Below, in pieces: positions 29,913 to 39,199 of a DNA stretch of 64,000 bases (the first letter of the stretch is position 1; the number at the start of each line of letters is the position of its first letter). The translations under genes were made by a program, and so were the position numbers. The stretch covers positions 6,602-70,601 of the forward strand of contig JAENJD010000008.1 of the NCBI GenBank assembly GCA_016844605.1, read 5' to 3'. A model generated the notes under the pieces. The model searched no databases, was not told the origin of the DNA, and saw only the letters and a list, made by a program, of their open reading frames with translations. Source of the DNA: Steroidobacteraceae bacterium. GTDB lineage: Bacteria; Pseudomonadota; Gammaproteobacteria; Steroidobacterales; Steroidobacteraceae.

Positions 29913-31049
29913 TTGCTGGCCAAGAACGAGAACGAGGTCCGCGCGGATCTTCGCCGCCAGAGCATCGTTCCGGTCAAGATCAAGAAGCAGACGAACCTGT
30001 TCCGCAGCGGCGGCAGAGTCAGTGCGCTGGACATTGCGATGTTCAGCCGCCAGCTCGCGACCATGCTCGCGGCGGGTATCCCGCTGGTGCAGGCCTTCGA
30101 GATCGTCGGCGTCGGCCATGAAAAGCCGTCGATGCAGAAGCTGATCCTCGACATCAAGCTCAATATCGAGGGCGGAAGCTCGCTGCACGAGTCTCTTGCC
30201 AAGCACCCGCTATATTTCGACGACCTGTACGTCAATCTGGTGGAAGCCGGCGAGCAGGCGGGCGCGCTCGAATCCCTGCTGGACAAGGTCGCGACCTACA
30301 AGGAAAAGACCGAGGCCCTCAAGAAGAAGATCAAGAAGGCGCTGTTCTACCCGGCCGCGGTGCTCGCAGTCGCCGTGATCGTGACGCTGATCCTGCTGCT
30401 GTTCGTGATCCCGCAGTTCGAGGCGCTGTTCAAGGGCTTCGGCGCGGACCTGCCCGCATTCACGCGCGTGGTCATCGAGATGTCGCGATTCGTACAGCAC
30501 CAAGGCTGGTGGATGGGCATGGTTTTCGCCGGCGGCGTAGTCACTTTCCTGTACTTCAAGAAGCGCTCGCGGGCATTGCAGCATGTGCTGGACCGCATGA
30601 TGCTGAAGCTGCCGATCGTCGGGCCGATCCTTGTCAAGGCGGCGATTGCGCGCTATGCACGAACGCTTGCCACGATGTTCTCGGCCGGCGTGCCGCTGGT
30701 CGAGGCCATGGAATCGGTCGCCGGCGCGACCGGCAACATCATCTATGAACAGGCCGTCATGCGCATGCGCGACGAGGTCGCCACCGGCCAGCGCCTGCAA
30801 CGGGCGATGGAGAATACAGGGCTCTTCCCGAACATGGTCGTGCAGATGATCGCGGTCGGCGAGGAGTCGGGTTCGCTCGACGAGATGGCCTCCAAGGTCG
30901 CAGACTTCTACGAACTGGAAGTGGACACCGCGGTCGACGCCCTTTCGAGCTTGCTCGAACCGCTGATCATGGCGATCCTCGGCGTGCTGGTCGGTGGACT
31001 CGTCATAGCGATGTACCTGCCGATCTTCAAGCTGGGCGCCGTGGTCTGA
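29913..31049 (+). CDS. pilC: type IV pilus inner-membrane platform protein PilC (first in-frame start only; homologous coding sequence continues upstream to ~29811)
   Basis: GspF-family repeats are present (FSRQLATMLAAGIPLVQAF; YARTLATMFSAGVPLVEAM). The upstream in-frame codons encode ...AVKDTPYSWEGKDRKGNKVRGRL, which is PilC N-terminal sequence, but contain no start codon. See the frameshift finding. Confidence 0.9.
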   Translation: MLAKNENEVRADLRRQSIVPVKIKKQTNLFRSGGRVSALDIAMFSRQLATMLAAGIPLVQAFEIVGVGHEKPSMQKLILDIKLNIEGGSSLHESLAKHPLYFDDLYVNLVEAGEQAGALESLLDKVATYKEKTEALKKKIKKALFYPAAVLAVAVIVTLILLLFVIPQFEALFKGFGADLPAFTRVVIEMSRFVQHQGWWMGMVFAGGVVTFLYFKKRSRALQHVLDRMMLKLPIVGPILVKAAIARYARTLATMFSAGVPLVEAMESVAGATGNIIYEQAVMRMRDEVATGQRLQRAMENTGLFPNMVVQMIAVGEESGSLDEMASKVADFYELEVDTAVDALSSLLEPLIMAILGVLVGGLVIAMYLPIFKLGAVV

Positions 31050-31072
31050 TCGAAACACCCGAGCCCTGGGCC

Positions 31073-31936
31073 ATGCTGGCGGCGAACCCGGCCGTATTCG
31101 CGGCCATCGCCGCGCTCTTCGGCCTCGCGATCGGCAGCTTCCTGAATGTCGTGATCTACCGCCTCCCGCTGATCCTGGAGCGGCAATGGCGCGCGCAATG
31201 CGCGGAGATCACGGGTCTCCCTGCGAAGGCCGAAGGCGAACCGATCAGCCTTTCGAGGCCACGCTCGCGCTGCCCGTCCTGTGCCGCGCAGATCCGCGCA
31301 ATCCACAACATCCCGGTGCTGAGCTATCTGGCCTTGCGCGGATGTTGCGCGTCCTGCGGCGTGAAAATTCCGCTGCGCTATCCGCTGGTCGAGCTTGCGA
31401 CCGCCATCGTGAGCGGCGTGGTCGCCTGGCACTTCGGCTTCGGTTGCCAGGCCGCGCTCGCACTGGTCTTCAGCTGGTACCTGATCGCGATGACAGGAAT
31501 CGACCTCGATCGGCAACTGCTGCCCGACCTGCTGACACTGCCGCTGCTGTGGATTGGTCTGCTCGCGAGTCTGTGGCCAACAGCAGGCTTTACGTCTCCA
31601 CGAGATGCGCTGATCGGCGCCGCCGCCGGATACCTGGTTCTTTGGATCGTGTTCCATGCATTCCGGCTCGTCACCGGCAAGGAAGGCATGGGCTACGGCG
31701 ACTTCAAGTTGTTCGCAGCGATCGGCGCCTGGCTCGGCTGGCAGATGCTGCCGCTCGTCCTGCTGCTGTCGGCCATGGTCGGCGCTGCGGTCGGTATCAC
31801 GCTGATCGTGACCAGGCGCCACGGACGCGACGTGCCGATCTCCTTCGGCCCCTATCTCGCAGGCGCGGGCTGGATCGCAATGCTCTGGGGTCCGCTCATC
31901 GTCGGGCGCTACCTGGGCATCGCGGGCCTGCACTGA
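31073..31936 (+). CDS. pilD: prepilin peptidase / N-methyltransferase PilD
   Basis: The 287-aa ORF has CPSC...CASC zinc motifs and the catalytic GMGYGDFKLFAAIGAWLG. Confidence 0.95.
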   Translation: MLAANPAVFAAIAALFGLAIGSFLNVVIYRLPLILERQWRAQCAEITGLPAKAEGEPISLSRPRSRCPSCAAQIRAIHNIPVLSYLALRGCCASCGVKIPLRYPLVELATAIVSGVVAWHFGFGCQAALALVFSWYLIAMTGIDLDRQLLPDLLTLPLLWIGLLASLWPTAGFTSPRDALIGAAAGYLVLWIVFHAFRLVTGKEGMGYGDFKLFAAIGAWLGWQMLPLVLLLSAMVGAAVGITLIVTRRHGRDVPISFGPYLAGAGWIAMLWGPLIVGRYLGIAGLH

Positions 31937-31946
31937 GGGGGTCCGG

Positions 31947-32546
31947 GTGCTTCGCATCGGGCTCACCGGAGGGATCGCAAGCGGCAAGACCACCGTCGCG
32001 GATCTCTTTGCAGGGTTCGGCGCCACAGTCATCGACACGGACCGGATTGCCCGGGATGTCGTCATACCAGGCGCACCCGCGCTCGCGGCGCTCACCAGGG
32101 AACTCGGACGCGGGATCCTCGACCCGGACGGCAATCTCGATCGTCATCAACTGCGGGAGCGGATCTTCAAGGACGCGGCGACTCGTCGCGCGGTCGAGGG
32201 AATCCTGCACCCGGCCATCATTTCGGAGTTGATCCGCCAGGCGCAGGCCGCGCCCGGACCCTATCAGGTCCTGGTAATCCCGCTCCTGGTCGAAGGCGGC
32301 CGGCGGGAGCTGGTGGACCGGGTGCTGCTCGTGGACTGCCCGGAGGAAATGCAGATCGAGCGCCTGATGAGCCGTGATGGCGAAACCCGGGGAAATGCGG
32401 CTCTCGCGCTCGCCGCGCAGGCCACGCGCGCCGAGCGCCTGCATGCCGCCGATGACGTCATCGCAAATGACGGAAATCCGGCGAAACTCGTCGAACTGGT
32501 GGCCGGACTTGACCGCAAGTACCGCCGCCTGGCCGCAAAAAAATGA
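31947..32546 (+). CDS. coaE: dephospho-CoA kinase
   Basis: MLRIGLTGGIASGKTTVADLF supplies the P-loop. Its position after pilD is conserved (pilBCD-coaE). Confidence 0.93.
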   Translation: MLRIGLTGGIASGKTTVADLFAGFGATVIDTDRIARDVVIPGAPALAALTRELGRGILDPDGNLDRHQLRERIFKDAATRRAVEGILHPAIISELIRQAQAAPGPYQVLVIPLLVEGGRRELVDRVLLVDCPEEMQIERLMSRDGETRGNAALALAAQATRAERLHAADDVIANDGNPAKLVELVAGLDRKYRRLAAKK

Positions 32547-32555
32547 GGAATTGAC

Positions 32556-33422
32556 ATGGTGCTGAGCCGCAGTTCACAGGATGTGTTGTTTACGGGGCCG
32601 GAAGACGTGCCGCAGAATAGGGCCATGTTCGAGCCAGTCCCGGAATCCCGCGTCAATCCGGAACCGATCACCTACGAGCAGCCGCTCAACGAGCGGATGC
32701 GCGCATTCATGCGGCTCGAATTCCTGTGGCAGCAGCTTTCCTACCATGCCGGTGTCCCGAATCCGTGGTCGAGCCGTTCCGCAGTCGCGGGCCTGCTCGA
32801 GATTCTCGCGATAACGTCGCGCGGCGATGCGCGCGGTGACGTGCTGAAGGAACTCGAACGGCAGATGTCGGCGATGCGCGATTATCAGAATCGCCCCGGA
32901 GTGGACGGCGCGCGCCTGCGCTCGATACTCGCCGCACTCGTGCGGCGGCGCGAGGAACTGAATGCCGCGGGCGCGAACTTCATGCAGCGGCTGCGCGAGT
33001 CCGAATTCCTGAATGCGATCAAGCATCGCAGTGCAATCCCGGGTGGAACCTGCGAATTCGACCTGCCCGATTATTATCACTGGCTCAATCTCGAGCCGGA
33101 CCTGCGCGAGAGCGATCTCGCGGACTGGCTGGTCACGATCCGCCCGCTGTGCGAATCGGTTTCGGAACTCCTGTGGATTACGCGCGAGAACGCCGTGCCA
33201 CGCGACGAGCTGGCGCCGGGTGGCGTCTACCAGATCGTGTTTGAGCGCGACCGGCCGGTGCAGCTCGTGCGTCTCACAGTGCCGGGCGGCTCGAGGCTTT
33301 ACCCGGAAGTCAGCGGCAGCCACCATCGCTGCAGCCTGCGTTTCCTGCGCTGGAACAGCGTGCACAGCCGGCCCGTCCAGGCGACCGAGGACGTGCGCTT
33401 CACGCTGACGACCTGCTACTGA
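32556..33422 (+). CDS. zapD: cell division protein ZapD
   Basis: [24 protein letters not shown]...[22 protein letters not shown] is ZapD-like. ATG 32556 has a GAGGAA RBS. ATG 32625 is an alternative, shorter start. Confidence 0.85.
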   Translation: MVLSRSSQDVLFTGPEDVPQNRAMFEPVPESRVNPEPITYEQPLNERMRAFMRLEFLWQQLSYHAGVPNPWSSRSAVAGLLEILAITSRGDARGDVLKELERQMSAMRDYQNRPGVDGARLRSILAALVRRREELNAAGANFMQRLRESEFLNAIKHRSAIPGGTCEFDLPDYYHWLNLEPDLRESDLADWLVTIRPLCESVSELLWITRENAVPRDELAPGGVYQIVFERDRPVQLVRLTVPGGSRLYPEVSGSHHRCSLRFLRWNSVHSRPVQATEDVRFTLTTCY

Positions 33423-33427
33423 TCGCG

Positions 33428-33619
33428 ATGGCGACCCAGGTTAATTGCCCGCAATGCAAGCGCCAGTGCGAATGGGACGGCAATCCCTGGCGCCCGTTCT
33501 GCAGCGAACGCTGCAAGCTCATCGACCTGGGCGCGTGGCTCGAAGAACGCCACGCCATTCCCGGCGAATCGGTGGAGATCCCCGACGCAGACAGTGATGC
33601 GGAATCGCTGAAGCACTAG
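33428..33619 (+). CDS. yacG: DNA gyrase inhibitor YacG (zinc finger)
   Basis: The 63-aa ORF reads [36 protein letters not shown]. Confidence 0.9.
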   Translation: MATQVNCPQCKRQCEWDGNPWRPFCSERCKLIDLGAWLEERHAIPGESVEIPDADSDAESLKH

Positions 33620-33625
33620 TTCAAA

Positions 33626-33705
33626 GGGCAGACAAAAAAAGGGGACGCCCTTTTTTCCCGCATAAAGTTCCGGCGGGAAAAAGGGGCGTCCCCTTTTGTC
33701 TGCCC
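33626..33705. terminator. large inverted repeat / bidirectional terminator between yacG and the prolyl oligopeptidase gene
   Basis: The arms GGGCAGACAAAAAAAGGGGACGCCCTTTTTTCCCGC and GCGGGAAAAAGGGGCGTCCCCTTTTGTCTGCCC are near-perfect reverse complements. Each arm also contains its own A-tract/GGGG..CCCC/T-tract hairpin. Confidence 0.6.
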
Positions 33706-33712
33706 CGTTTTC

Positions 33713-35863
33713 CTAGCTGCCGCCTTGCATCCCGAGGTGCTTCGCGAGGAAAGCCCACTGGTTCGCCCAGTCCTCGATTTGCATCCAAGTAGGCTTGCCT
33801 GCTCCATGACCCGCGCGCGTTTCGATGCGAACGAGCACTGGGTTTGGGCAGTCATGTTGGGCGTATTGAAGTGCCGCCGTGAACTTGAAGCTGTGCCAGG
33901 GTACGACCCGGTCGTCGTGATCCGCGGTCGTCACGAGCGTCGGCGGATAGCAGCGGCCCTGCCTGAGGTTCTGCACCGGCGAATAAGTCAGCAAGGCGCG
34001 GAACTGGTCCGGATCCTCGACCGTACCGAAGTCGCTCGACCAGGCGTAGGCATTCGCGCTCGCCGTGTGATAGCGCAGCATGTCCATCACGCCGACACCC
34101 GGCAATGCCGCGCCGAACAGTTCCGGCCGCTGCGCCATCACCGCGCCGACCAGCAGGCCGCCATTGCTGCGCCCATGAATTGCGAGCCGCGCAGACGAGG
34201 TGTAGCGACTGGCGATCAGCCATTCCGCGGCGGAGACGAAATCGTCGAACACATTCTGCTTGCGGGTCTTGGTGCCGGCTTCGTGCCATTCCGCGCCGTA
34301 CTCGCCGCCGCCACGCAGGTTGGCGACCGCATAGATGCCGCCACGTTCGAGCCAGGCCGCATAGACCGGACTGTAGACCGGTGTCAGTGAAACGTCGAAG
34401 CCGCCATACCCGTATAGCAGCGTCGGATTGCCGCCATTCATCACCGTGTCACGCCGCCTCGTGATGAACATCGGGATGCGGGTGCCGTCCTTGCTCGTGT
34501 AGAAAACCTGCTCGGTCAGGTAAGGGCTCGCATCGAATGGCACCTTTGGCCGCCTGAACGGCTGGACTTGGTCCTGCGCCACGTCGTAGCGATAGAGCGC
34601 GAGCGGCGTCAGGTAATCCGTGTACGCAAAGAAGGTCTCGTTTTCCTTCGGTGAATCCGGGAAGCCGGTCACCGTGCCGAGGCCCGGCAAGCGGATCTCG
34701 CCGCGCAGGCTGCCATCCATGCGATAGACGCGCAGGCGCGAGCGCGCATCCTCGAGGTAGTTGGTGATCACGTGACCGCCGGCAAGGCTCGCCTGATAAA
34801 GCCTCGCAGCCGCTTGCGGCACGATTTCGACAGGCTCGGGCTTCGCAGGATCGATCGCGATCACGCGACCGCGCGGCGCCCCCTGGGTCGTCTTGAAGTA
34901 GAGCCGGTTGCCGGTCGCGCCCAGAAAATCGTAGATCCCGTCCCACTTGTCCAGGATCCGCATGACCGGCGCATCGGGCTTTGAAAGATCGCGCAGGTGA
35001 ATCGCATTCGAATCGAAGCCGTACAAGATGACTAGCACGAGCCAGCGCCCGTCCTCCGACACCAGTCCATAAGGATTGTGGCGCGCGTTATCCGGCGTTG
35101 CGTAGACGGTTTCATCGGCCTCCTGGGCCGTGCCGAGCCGATGCCGGTAGACGCTGACCTGCTGCTGATCGTCGCCCTTGCCATCAGCGCCCTTCGGATA
35201 GCGCGAGTAGTAGAAAGCACTCGCGTCCGGCATCCAGGACACGCCCGTGAACTTGGTGTCGCGGATCAGGTCCGGCAGGTCGCGACCCGTATCGACCTCT
35301 CGCACATGCCAGGTATCCCAGTCGCTGCCGCCAACGGAGACCGCGTAGGCGACGTAGCGTCCATCGGGGCTGATCGAGTAATCGGCGAGCGATGCCGTCG
35401 CATCATTGGAAAGTGTGTTGGGATCGACCAGCGGATGCGGTGTTGCATCCGCCGTCGGCGCCCAGTAAAGGACACCCTGATTCTGCTTGCCGCTCTTCTC
35501 GACGTAGAAGTAGCGACCGCCACGCTTGAGCGGTACGCGTGCCTTTTCGTCGAGCCAGCCGTATCCGTACTGCTCATAGTCCCAGAGCTCGGTCAGCCGC
35601 GCGCGGATTGCTTCGCGTGCAGGGATCGCGTCGAGATAGGGTTGTGAAATCGCGTTCTCCGCGGCGACCCAGGCCGCGACATCCGGTCCCGGCGTTTCCA
35701 TCCACCGGTATGGGTCGGCAACTTTCGTGCCGTGAAGTTCATCGACGACCTGCCCCCGGACGGCAGCCGGATACTGCATGGCCGACGGATCGTGGGCCGC
35801 GCTCATGGTCGGCCAGATCGCCAGGATGGCCAGGGCGAAACCGGATATGACATAGATGCGCAC
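33713..35863 (-). CDS. secreted prolyl oligopeptidase (S9A family)
   Basis: The 716-aa ORF has a signal peptide ([15 protein letters not shown]), a beta-propeller region, the catalytic [10 protein letters not shown], and DDRVVPWHS...RAGHG. Confidence 0.92.
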   Translation of the reverse strand: MRIYVISGFALAILAIWPTMSAAHDPSAMQYPAAVRGQVVDELHGTKVADPYRWMETPGPDVAAWVAAENAISQPYLDAIPAREAIRARLTELWDYEQYGYGWLDEKARVPLKRGGRYFYVEKSGKQNQGVLYWAPTADATPHPLVDPNTLSNDATASLADYSISPDGRYVAYAVSVGGSDWDTWHVREVDTGRDLPDLIRDTKFTGVSWMPDASAFYYSRYPKGADGKGDDQQQVSVYRHRLGTAQEADETVYATPDNARHNPYGLVSEDGRWLVLVILYGFDSNAIHLRDLSKPDAPVMRILDKWDGIYDFLGATGNRLYFKTTQGAPRGRVIAIDPAKPEPVEIVPQAAARLYQASLAGGHVITNYLEDARSRLRVYRMDGSLRGEIRLPGLGTVTGFPDSPKENETFFAYTDYLTPLALYRYDVAQDQVQPFRRPKVPFDASPYLTEQVFYTSKDGTRIPMFITRRRDTVMNGGNPTLLYGYGGFDVSLTPVYSPVYAAWLERGGIYAVANLRGGGEYGAEWHEAGTKTRKQNVFDDFVSAAEWLIASRYTSSARLAIHGRSNGGLLVGAVMAQRPELFGAALPGVGVMDMLRYHTASANAYAWSSDFGTVEDPDQFRALLTYSPVQNLRQGRCYPPTLVTTADHDDRVVPWHSFKFTAALQYAQHDCPNPVLVRIETRAGHGAGKPTWMQIEDWANQWAFLAKHLGMQGGS

Positions 35864-35950
35864 CGTGTTTACACTCCACGAGAGTCGGGCGAGCGAAGTC
35901 TAACAAACCCTCGCAATAGTAAGTCCCATCTGCGACAGGACGGAGCACCG

Positions 35951-38212
35951 ATGCGTTCATTCGTGATTGGTATCACGGCGAGCCTTGTCTTGACCGCCAC
36001 CGCCGGCGCGCGTGACCTGACGGTCGAACGCCTGTTCGATGCGCCCGACCTGCAGGGCCCCTCGCTGCGCCAGCCGCGATTTTCGCCGGACGGCACGCTC
36101 GTGTCCTATCTGCAAGGCAAGCACGACGATCCGCAGGTCTACGACCTGTGGGCCTATGACATCGCCACGGGCCAGCATCGCCTGCTGGTCGATTCACGCA
36201 GTCTTGCGCCTTCCGGGGAGACGCTTTCGGCCGATGAAGAAGCCCGCCGCGAGCGCCAGCGCACCGCGGCGCTGCGTGGCATCGTCGAGTATCAGTGGGC
36301 ACCGGATTCGCATGCGCTCCTGTTTACGCTCGGCGGCGATCTGTATCACTACGATCTCATGAGGCCGTCCAATGAAGCCCTGCGGCGCCTGACGGCGACC
36401 GAATCCCACGAGACCGACCCGCAGTATTCGCCGAAGGGCCGCCATGTCAGCTTCATCCGCGACCAGGATCTATATGCCGTCGAAATTGCGACGGGCGCGG
36501 AACGTCGGTTCACGACGGGTGGTGGCGGACTCATCAGCAATGGCGTCGCCGAGTTCATCGCGCAGGAAGAAATGAACCGAAACACCGGTTACTGGTGGTC
36601 ACCAGATGAGAGTCACATCGCATTCACGCGTGTGGACGAATCACCCGTAGCCGAGCTCGAGCGCTTCGAGGTTAACGCCGGCGGATTCCGGGTGCTGAGC
36701 CAGCGTTACCCGGCAGCGGGCGCCGCGAATGCGGACGTCCATCTCGGCGTGGTCGCGCTTGATACCGGCGAAATCGCCTGGGCGGATCTCGGCCTCACCG
36801 ATCACTACCTCGCGCGCGTGAACTGGTTTCCCGAGGGCGACCAGATGCTGGTCCAGCGTCAGGCACGCAACCAGAAACGGCTCGATCTCCTGAGTTTCCA
36901 GGTCACGGGTGGCAGCGGGCGTCTCCTGTTCTCCGAGACGAGCGACGCCTGGGTCGACCTGCACGACGATCTTTATTTCCTGCCGCGCCGCAGGGAATTG
37001 CTGTGGGCCTCGCAACGGACCGGGCACAATCACCTTTATCGCTATGCCTATGACGGCAGGCTGAAGGGCGCCGTCACTGCCGGCGACTGGGACGTGCTCG
37101 GCGAAAGTCAGGCGCCCGCCGTGCGCGGCATCGACGAAAAGCGCGGCCGCGTCTATTTCATGGCGACGCTGAAGACACCGCTCGAGCGGCAACTCCATGT
37201 AGCCAGTCTCGATGCGGGAACCCAGCGCGCACCGCGGCCGCTTACCTCACAGGACGGCTGGCACAACATCACGATGTCGCAGGACGCTCGCCGCTTTCTG
37301 CAGGTCTACAGCGATCCGATGCAGCCGCCTCAGCTTTCGCTGCATGACGCAACCGGCAAGCGGCTTGCCTGGCTCATCGAGAACCGGCTCGACGACCAGC
37401 ACCCCTATGCGCCCTATCTCGACCGGCATGTGAAACCGGAATTCGGCACGCTGCCGGCCGCTGACGGCACGCCGCTCCACTGGCAGCTGTACAAGCCCGC
37501 CGGTTTCGAGCCGGGCGGCCGCTATCCGGCAATCCTGCTGGTCTACGGTGGGCCGACGGTGCAGACCGTGACGCGCCACTGGGGCGAGCGGCGTGGCGGC
37601 CAGACCGCGCAGCTCTTCACGCAGCGCGGCTACGTCGTCTTCGCGATCGACAATCGCGGCTCCGGCGGCCGCGGCCGGGCTTTCACGACTGCGCTGTACC
37701 GCCACCTGGGTGGCGTCGAGGTCGTGGACCAGCTCGCGGGCGTCGAATGGCTCAAGCAGCAGCCATTCGTGGACGCGTCGCACGTCGGGGTCTTTGGCTG
37801 GAGTTATGGCGGTTACATGACGCTGATGCTGATGACGCAGTCACCCGGCAGCTTTGCAGCCGGTGTCGCCGGTGCCCCGGTGACCGACTGGCGGCTCTAC
37901 GACACCCATTACACGGAGCGCTATCTCGGCACGCCGGACGAGAATGCCGAGGGCTACCGTCGGTCGAATGCGCTGACCTACGCGGGGGCGCTACGCGACC
38001 GCCTGCTCGTGATGCATGGCATGGCCGACGACAATGTGCTGTTCACGCACACGACCCTGCTGATCAAGGAACTGGTCGCCGCCGGACGAACATTCGAAGT
38101 GATGCCCTACCCAGGCAGCAAGCACGGGGCGCTCAGCTTCAAGGAAACCGGCATCCATGGCTGGAACACGATCCTGGATTTCTTCGACCGCCAATTGGGT
38201 GCCGGGTCGTAA
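35951..38212 (+). CDS. secreted dipeptidyl-peptidase IV-like serine peptidase (S9B family)
   Basis: The start is at MRSFVIGITASLVLTATAGA (ATG 35951). The ORF shows DLWAYD..., NGVAEFIAQEEM, catalytic GWSYGGYMT, and HGMADDNV...GSKHG. The track ORF opens artificially at 35732. Confidence 0.9.
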   Translation: MRSFVIGITASLVLTATAGARDLTVERLFDAPDLQGPSLRQPRFSPDGTLVSYLQGKHDDPQVYDLWAYDIATGQHRLLVDSRSLAPSGETLSADEEARRERQRTAALRGIVEYQWAPDSHALLFTLGGDLYHYDLMRPSNEALRRLTATESHETDPQYSPKGRHVSFIRDQDLYAVEIATGAERRFTTGGGGLISNGVAEFIAQEEMNRNTGYWWSPDESHIAFTRVDESPVAELERFEVNAGGFRVLSQRYPAAGAANADVHLGVVALDTGEIAWADLGLTDHYLARVNWFPEGDQMLVQRQARNQKRLDLLSFQVTGGSGRLLFSETSDAWVDLHDDLYFLPRRRELLWASQRTGHNHLYRYAYDGRLKGAVTAGDWDVLGESQAPAVRGIDEKRGRVYFMATLKTPLERQLHVASLDAGTQRAPRPLTSQDGWHNITMSQDARRFLQVYSDPMQPPQLSLHDATGKRLAWLIENRLDDQHPYAPYLDRHVKPEFGTLPAADGTPLHWQLYKPAGFEPGGRYPAILLVYGGPTVQTVTRHWGERRGGQTAQLFTQRGYVVFAIDNRGSGGRGRAFTTALYRHLGGVEVVDQLAGVEWLKQQPFVDASHVGVFGWSYGGYMTLMLMTQSPGSFAAGVAGAPVTDWRLYDTHYTERYLGTPDENAEGYRRSNALTYAGALRDRLLVMHGMADDNVLFTHTTLLIKELVAAGRTFEVMPYPGSKHGALSFKETGIHGWNTILDFFDRQLGAGS

Positions 38213-38216
38213 AAAG

Positions 38217-38264
38217 GGGACGCTTCCCTTTTCCCTCTTCTTCGGCGGAAAAGGGAAGGGTGCC
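38217..38264. terminator. hairpin element between convergent DPP-IV-like and mutT-fusion genes
   Basis: GGGACGCTTCCCTTTTC (38217-38233) pairs with GAAAAGGGAAGGGTGCC (38248-38264) at 15 of 17 positions. It shares the AAAAGGGGACGC core with the 33626-33705 element. Confidence 0.55.
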
Positions 38265-38266
38265 GT

Positions 38267-39199
38267 TTAAGCGCTCCTGGTCGTGACCATTGCGCAACCG
38301 TGCGCGCCGGCCATCTGCAGCTGCTCGAGGCGGCGCGCGTCCGGGTACCAGCCTGCGAATACCGGGATACCGGCGACCGCACAGAGATGCTCGAGCGGAC
38401 CCTGCTGCAGGGGTCCGCGCTGCGGCGCCACCACCAGGAAATGTGCGCCCTCGCTGATCGCCTCGAGCGCGCCAGCCTCGTCCTCGCAGACCACGCCGAC
38501 CAGGAATGCGCCTTCGCGATCCACATGCAGATTCTGCCCGTGCCGGCGCAGCACCGCACCGTCAGCACCGGCCGCGGCGGCGATGCGAATCGCCTCGACA
38601 CCATCGCCCAGCACGAAAATGCGGTGGCCCGCGGCGCGCGCGCCGCGAACGACCGACGCGTCCAGCTGCGTGGCCGGCGACTCCTTGACGTGCCAGAAGA
38701 TCGTCTGGGCTACCTTGGCGTCGAGCGCCGCAAGCTGGCCGGCGCCCGAAATGACGCGGGCGAGCTGCGGGAGACGCAATGCCGTCACGATGGCGCGGTC
38801 GGCCTCCAGCAGGTTGTGACCCGGCAACTCGTCGGATTTCACCCAGGCAAGGGCCTGCGAATCGAGGCCTTTCGGCGTGCCCTCGTATTCAATGACGCGC
38901 CAGAAGTCGAGCAACACGCGCCGATCGGGGTAGTTGTGGTACAGCCGGATCAGGGGACGGGCGGAGTGAACGGCGACGCCGAGCTCCTCGGCCAGTTCGC
39001 GCTTCAGCCCCTCAAGCCGGTCCTCGCCGAAACCAAGCTTGCCGCCCGGGAATTCCCAGCGTCCGGCCATGTGGCGGCCGCGCGGGCGCTGTGCGATCAG
39101 CACGCGGCCGGTGGCGTCGAACAACGCACCCGCGATGACGTGAAATTCCGGAAGATCCGCCATCCCTGGTAATCCCGCTCCTGGACCGATTGTGCTCAA
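38267..39199 (-). CDS. mutT: Nudix hydrolase (MutT-like) fused to a ThiE-like (thiamine-phosphate-synthase fold) domain
   Basis: The Nudix box is [29 protein letters not shown]. The C-terminal ~170 aa resemble a TMP-synthase-like barrel (GADGAVLR...FLVVAP...IPVFAGW). It sits downstream of secA as in E. coli and Pseudomonas. The TTG start overlaps the secA stop; the alternative is ATG 39163. Confidence 0.85.
   Translation of the reverse strand: MSTIGPGAGLPGMADLPEFHVIAGALFDATGRVLIAQRPRGRHMAGRWEFPGGKLGFGEDRLEGLKRELAEELGVAVHSARPLIRLYHNYPDRRVLLDFWRVIEYEGTPKGLDSQALAWVKSDELPGHNLLEADRAIVTALRLPQLARVISGAGQLAALDAKVAQTIFWHVKESPATQLDASVVRGARAAGHRIFVLGDGVEAIRIAAAAGADGAVLRRHGQNLHVDREGAFLVGVVCEDEAGALEAISEGAHFLVVAPQRGPLQQGPLEHLCAVAGIPVFAGWYPDARRLEQLQMAGAHGCAMVTTRSA

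Noticed and set aside
29803-30144. 113-aa ORF starting at TTG 29803 over the pilB/pilC junction.
   Set aside because: It is in a frame different from both the ATG 29807 frame and the pilC frame, and its Arg-rich product has no similarity to PilC. The PilC-like N-terminus is encoded in the pilC frame.
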